IMG/VR virus record: IMGVR_UViG_3300044844_000428
Direction: 5' to 3' (one strand)
Source: a virus
Length of the DNA: 64,000 nt
Numbering within the stretch: the first letter of the stretch is position 1; every line of letters starts with the position of its first letter. The notes beneath the pieces are model-generated. The model was not told where the DNA came from and did no database searches. It saw only the letters and a list, made by a program, of their open reading frames with translations. A program made the position numbers and the translations under genes. Below, piece after piece: positions 61,141 to 64,000 of this stretch.

Positions 61141-61714
61141 TGTTCAAATCCTTTTGTTTTCTAATCCAATCTTGGAGTGATTTAAGTTGTTCTACTACTT
61201 GATAGTATGTACCGTAGTTTCCACTGACGGATTCAACAAGGGCAGAGAGTTTAATATCGGAGGGTCCTTCATGAGAAGTTCTGGAGGATTCGGGAACTTT
61301 GTTTTCTGCGGCAGCGTTGAGCAACTCGATAGCACCAGTATTGATACTACACTTAGCATCAGATTCTTTAGTAATATATTCAGGAACTTTCTTAATGATA
61401 ACATGAGTTTTGCCTTCCACTATTTTGACTTTTTCTATATATTCAGTAACAACTTTTGTCGTTACTTCAGCAGTTTTGGTTTCTAGTTGTGCAATCTGGA
61501 TTTGCATTTCCTTGATTTTTACTTGCCAGTTTGCTTCGTTTACCGAAACTCCTATCGCAAATGAATTCAGGCATAGTAACATGCCTAACCCAGAATACAG
61601 AGCCATCTTGTAATGAGCAGGAATTGGTATCAATACACCTAGAACAAGTCCTAAGAATGAGATGCCACTAAGAAGGTAGGTTAACCACTCAGGAATTAGA
61701 TTCAGTAGGAACAT
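61133..61714 (-). CDS. i-spanin (Rz-like)
   Basis: N-terminal TM helices, coiled coil, embedded lipoprotein gene. Confidence 0.75.
   Translation of the reverse strand: MFLLNLIPEWLTYLLSGISFLGLVLGVLIPIPAHYKMALYSGLGMLLCLNSFAIGVSVNEANWQVKIKEMQIQIAQLETKTAEVTTKVVTEYIEKVKIVEGKTHVIIKKVPEYITKESDAKCSINTGAIELLNAAAENKVPESSRTSHEGPSDIKLSALVESVSGNYGTYYQVVEQLKSLQDWIRKQKDLNNE
61195..61359 (-). CDS. o-spanin (Rz1-like), embedded
   Basis: MLSVVSILVLSSC lipobox, Pro-rich FPNPPELLMKDPP. Confidence 0.75.
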   Translation of the reverse strand: MLSVVSILVLSSCSTLPQKTKFPNPPELLMKDPPILNSLPLLNPSVETTVHTIK

Positions 61715-62195
61715 TAGCTTTTCTCTTAATGATTTTTTTAGTTCCTAATTTATATTCTGGATTAGCAACACCTGAAGTATTATTAGCAGGAAGTACTCCA
61801 CCTTCTTCATCGAGGAATTTCTTAACGAGGATTTCTTCCTCGACCAATATGATATTCTTTTGGTCGATGGTTTCAAGTAATGTAGTAAATCTTGATTCTA
61901 AATTTGAATTGTCATTATGTTGGTATGATTCTTTGATTAGGAAATAAGCAGCAATAAGATTCTTGGTGTATTTGTCTCCACCAGGTAACTTATTGAGTAA
62001 TCTTTTAAGATTGAATACTAGACGTTGAAGATACGTGTAAGCATCCTTTTCTTCTGGAGTAGTAAGTTGGTTTTGTTTTTTGAGGATTTTACCCTTAGCA
62101 TCTATAATACCCAACTTGAATGCATCTGATTCTTCAAATGGAGTGACTAACATTGAAAGTATTCTATAGGCTAGTAGATTGTCAATAATTCTCAT
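61689..62195 (-). CDS. Conserved T4-like hypothetical protein
   Basis: PFE..DAFKLGIID..G, RLVFNLKRLL. Confidence 0.7.
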   Translation of the reverse strand: MRIIDNLLAYRILSMLVTPFEESDAFKLGIIDAKGKILKKQNQLTTPEEKDAYTYLQRLVFNLKRLLNKLPGGDKYTKNLIAAYFLIKESYQHNDNSNLESRFTTLLETIDQKNIILVEEEILVKKFLDEEGGVLPANNTSGVANPEYKLGTKKIIKRKANVPTESNS

Positions 62196-62542
62196 TATAG
62201 TTTCCGAAGTACAGATATTATAGTTGGATCCAGATGACCTAAATCTTGTTCTGGTATTCTGTTAAGATACAATAAGAATGGCAATAACATATCACCATAA
62301 CTATCATCTATTTTAAAAAGTAACATTTTGGTAGCATTATCACCAAATACATTGTACAGAACAATTATATGATTCAGAATCAATCGTTCTCTCAGTGTAT
62401 CTTGTTCAACGTACCGCTTGAATAATTTATTTATATAATCGAATCTACATAGGTCCGATTCGAATTCTCTAATGGAAAAGCACTGAGGGTTTTCATAGCA
62501 ATTCATTGCAAATTGTATAAAATTCTCAGTGCTTAATTTCAT
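62195..62542 (-). CDS. Conserved T4-like hypothetical protein
   Basis: Y.NPQC....EF..DL.RF.YI, ERLILNHII.LYNVF. Confidence 0.7.
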   Translation of the reverse strand: MKLSTENFIQFAMNCYENPQCFSIREFESDLCRFDYINKLFKRYVEQDTLRERLILNHIIVLYNVFGDNATKMLLFKIDDSYGDMLLPFLLYLNRIPEQDLGHLDPTIISVLRKL

Positions 62543-62543
62543 C

Positions 62544-63128
62544 TTATGCTACAGTAAGTTTGACTGCGGGTGATGTTTCACTTACAGCATTAGTAGCCGA
62601 AACAATAACACGATATTTGAATCCGTTTAGACCAGTTGTTGCACTGATTGCTAATGTAGCAGTAGTAGCACCAGTATAAACACCAGTATTAGTTATATCA
62701 ACATATACATTGCCATTAGTAGTAGTTGATCTTTGCCATTGATAAGACAATGCACCGCCGCCAGAACTGATTGCAGCAACAACTGCAAATGTAGTAGCAG
62801 CGGGAGCTGTTACAGAACGTGCAACTGGTTTAGTTGTTAAAGTAATATCATAAGTTCCCGCAGTGTCGATACCAGCATCATTAGCACGGTCGCCAGCGGC
62901 AACTGCAGTAACAGACATTGGAATTAAGCATTCTGCTTTGTGACGGATTGCTCCAGCCGCATTTTTATACTGTTCATATAACCACCAGCCTGGACCAGTA
63001 ATGCCTTTTGCTTTTGTATCTGCATCAGCGGCTTCAGTATTATCAATGAAGATTGCTTTTGCACGTTGTTCTTCGTTTAAATATTTTGGGACACTGGCAT
63101 CAGCATCCGTTTTTCCCCATAAACTCAT
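62544..63128 (-). CDS. Virion decoration protein with C-terminal Ig-like domain
   Basis: MSLWG, PGWW, LSYQWQ, GATT.TL, NG.KYRV.V. Confidence 0.7.
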   Translation of the reverse strand: MSLWGKTDADASVPKYLNEEQRAKAIFIDNTEAADADTKAKGITGPGWWLYEQYKNAAGAIRHKAECLIPMSVTAVAAGDRANDAGIDTAGTYDITLTTKPVARSVTAPAATTFAVVAAISSGGGALSYQWQRSTTTNGNVYVDITNTGVYTGATTATLAISATTGLNGFKYRVIVSATNAVSETSPAVKLTVA

Positions 63129-63161
63129 TGTTATCTCCTTATTAGTTTGTAAATATATTTA

Positions 63162-64000
63162 TTAGTAAATTTCTCGCCATTGGATACCACACCAAACATC
63201 TGCTGCCGCTCCTATAGATTGAGCACATACTACATAGATTTCACTATCTGTACAATCAAAATTTTGTGTTATAAAATTTCTTTTTGCTGCAGTCGGATTA
63301 CTTTCAGATCCAGTACCAGTACCTTTAGCACTACCACCAGGGCTTGAAGTACCAACAAATCCATTATCTACAACATCACCACCAGATATTGCTGTTCCTA
63401 ATATAGTATATTCAACTGCACTTTCTGACGAAACGCTTGTCCAAGTAGGACTACTTAAAGTTATTGATGATAGACCTGAAAGTTTTATTAGTTTCCAATA
63501 TACTGGATTCTGTTCAGCATAAACATTAACATTTCCCATTCTTAACATCACACGATTAGGATAACCTTTAAATGTTGATTTTAATCTTATTGCTACGATT
63601 GGATAATTTGCGCCTAACGGAACATTCTGAGATGCAGTGCCTGAATCGATTGCCCAATCTATACCTGATTCTGCATATCCACCTTCGGAAACAACAGTTG
63701 AACAAATTTGGTCAAAAGAACCACCAGTAGTTGTACCTGTATTTTTTATTTCACATCTAACTGGTAAATTTGGATTACTCATATAGACTACAGGTAAGTA
63801 ATTACTGTTGTAAAATTCATGTGCAACAATCATATTACCGTTATGAACAAAACCGCATCTTACTCTACCAACACCTAGCCACTGAAAATCAATGAAAAAG
63901 ATTTGTGTCTTAGTAATATCGAGAGTCCACGATCCAGATACTCCGCTGTTAGTACCATCTGTAGAAGTGCCAACAATTGTCGTATTACAAGTATCAACAT
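63162..64000 (-). CDS. Probable virion structural protein (5' end outside window)
   Basis: Frame is open to the window edge (IDFQWLGVGRVRCGF upstream of the annotated Met), C-terminal W.E. Confidence 0.65.
   Translation of the reverse strand, partial: VDTCNTTIVGTSTDGTNSGVSGSWTLDITKTQIFFIDFQWLGVGRVRCGFVHNGNMIVAHEFYNSNYLPVVYMSNPNLPVRCEIKNTGTTTGGSFDQICSTVVSEGGYAESGIDWAIDSGTASQNVPLGANYPIVAIRLKSTFKGYPNRVMLRMGNVNVYAEQNPVYWKLIKLSGLSSITLSSPTWTSVSSESAVEYTILGTAISGGDVVDNGFVGTSSPGGSAKGTGTGSESNPTAAKRNFITQNFDCTDSEIYVVCAQSIGAAADVWCGIQWREIY

Noticed and set aside
1-64000. Stop-codon reassignment
   Set aside because: Core genes are full length in the standard code, and TAA, TAG and TGA all end recognisable genes
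1-64000. tRNA or rRNA genes
   Set aside because: No cloverleaf or T-loop signature noticed by eye in the short intergenic gaps; tRNAscan was not run

Overview
AT-rich 64 kb segment of a large T4-like (Tevenvirinae/Straboviridae-related, genus not identifiable) lytic myophage genome, read with the standard genetic code. All product calls come from motifs I recognised; no database searches were run. Left end (1-8.6 kb): baseplate/tail/head-completion genes (gp5, hub protein, gp53, gp48, gp4, gp2, tube-initiator, gp16, gp26/gp51, tape-measure-like). Then gp32, gp59, gp33, ClpP and about 30 kb of mostly minus-strand small accessory ORFs, punctuated by about 22 copies of a sigma70-like early promoter (several with the -10 box in a hairpin loop). 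Next come nucleotide metabolism and replication genes (DHFR, ThyA, dCMP deaminase, a gp42-type dCMP-modifying enzyme, RNase H, ligase, NrdA with an HNH intein, NrdB), and at the right end lysis and virion genes. The strongest candidate for an undescribed system is a cytosine hypermodification pathway. It comprises a promoter-headed operon (56.1-60.5 kb) encoding a T4 beta-glucosyltransferase homolog, a SAM methyltransferase, a CofD/YvcK-HAD fusion and a nucleotidyltransferase, plus a gp42-like/pyrophosphohydrolase module at 40-43 kb. Together they predict a non-canonical (possibly methylated or phospho-substituted) sugar on modified cytosine. Other highlights: a likely -1 frameshift fusing gp26 to gp51 ahead of the tape measure, four capsid-targeting-sequence internal proteins, a primase reduced to its zinc finger, and an HTH-fused gp2.
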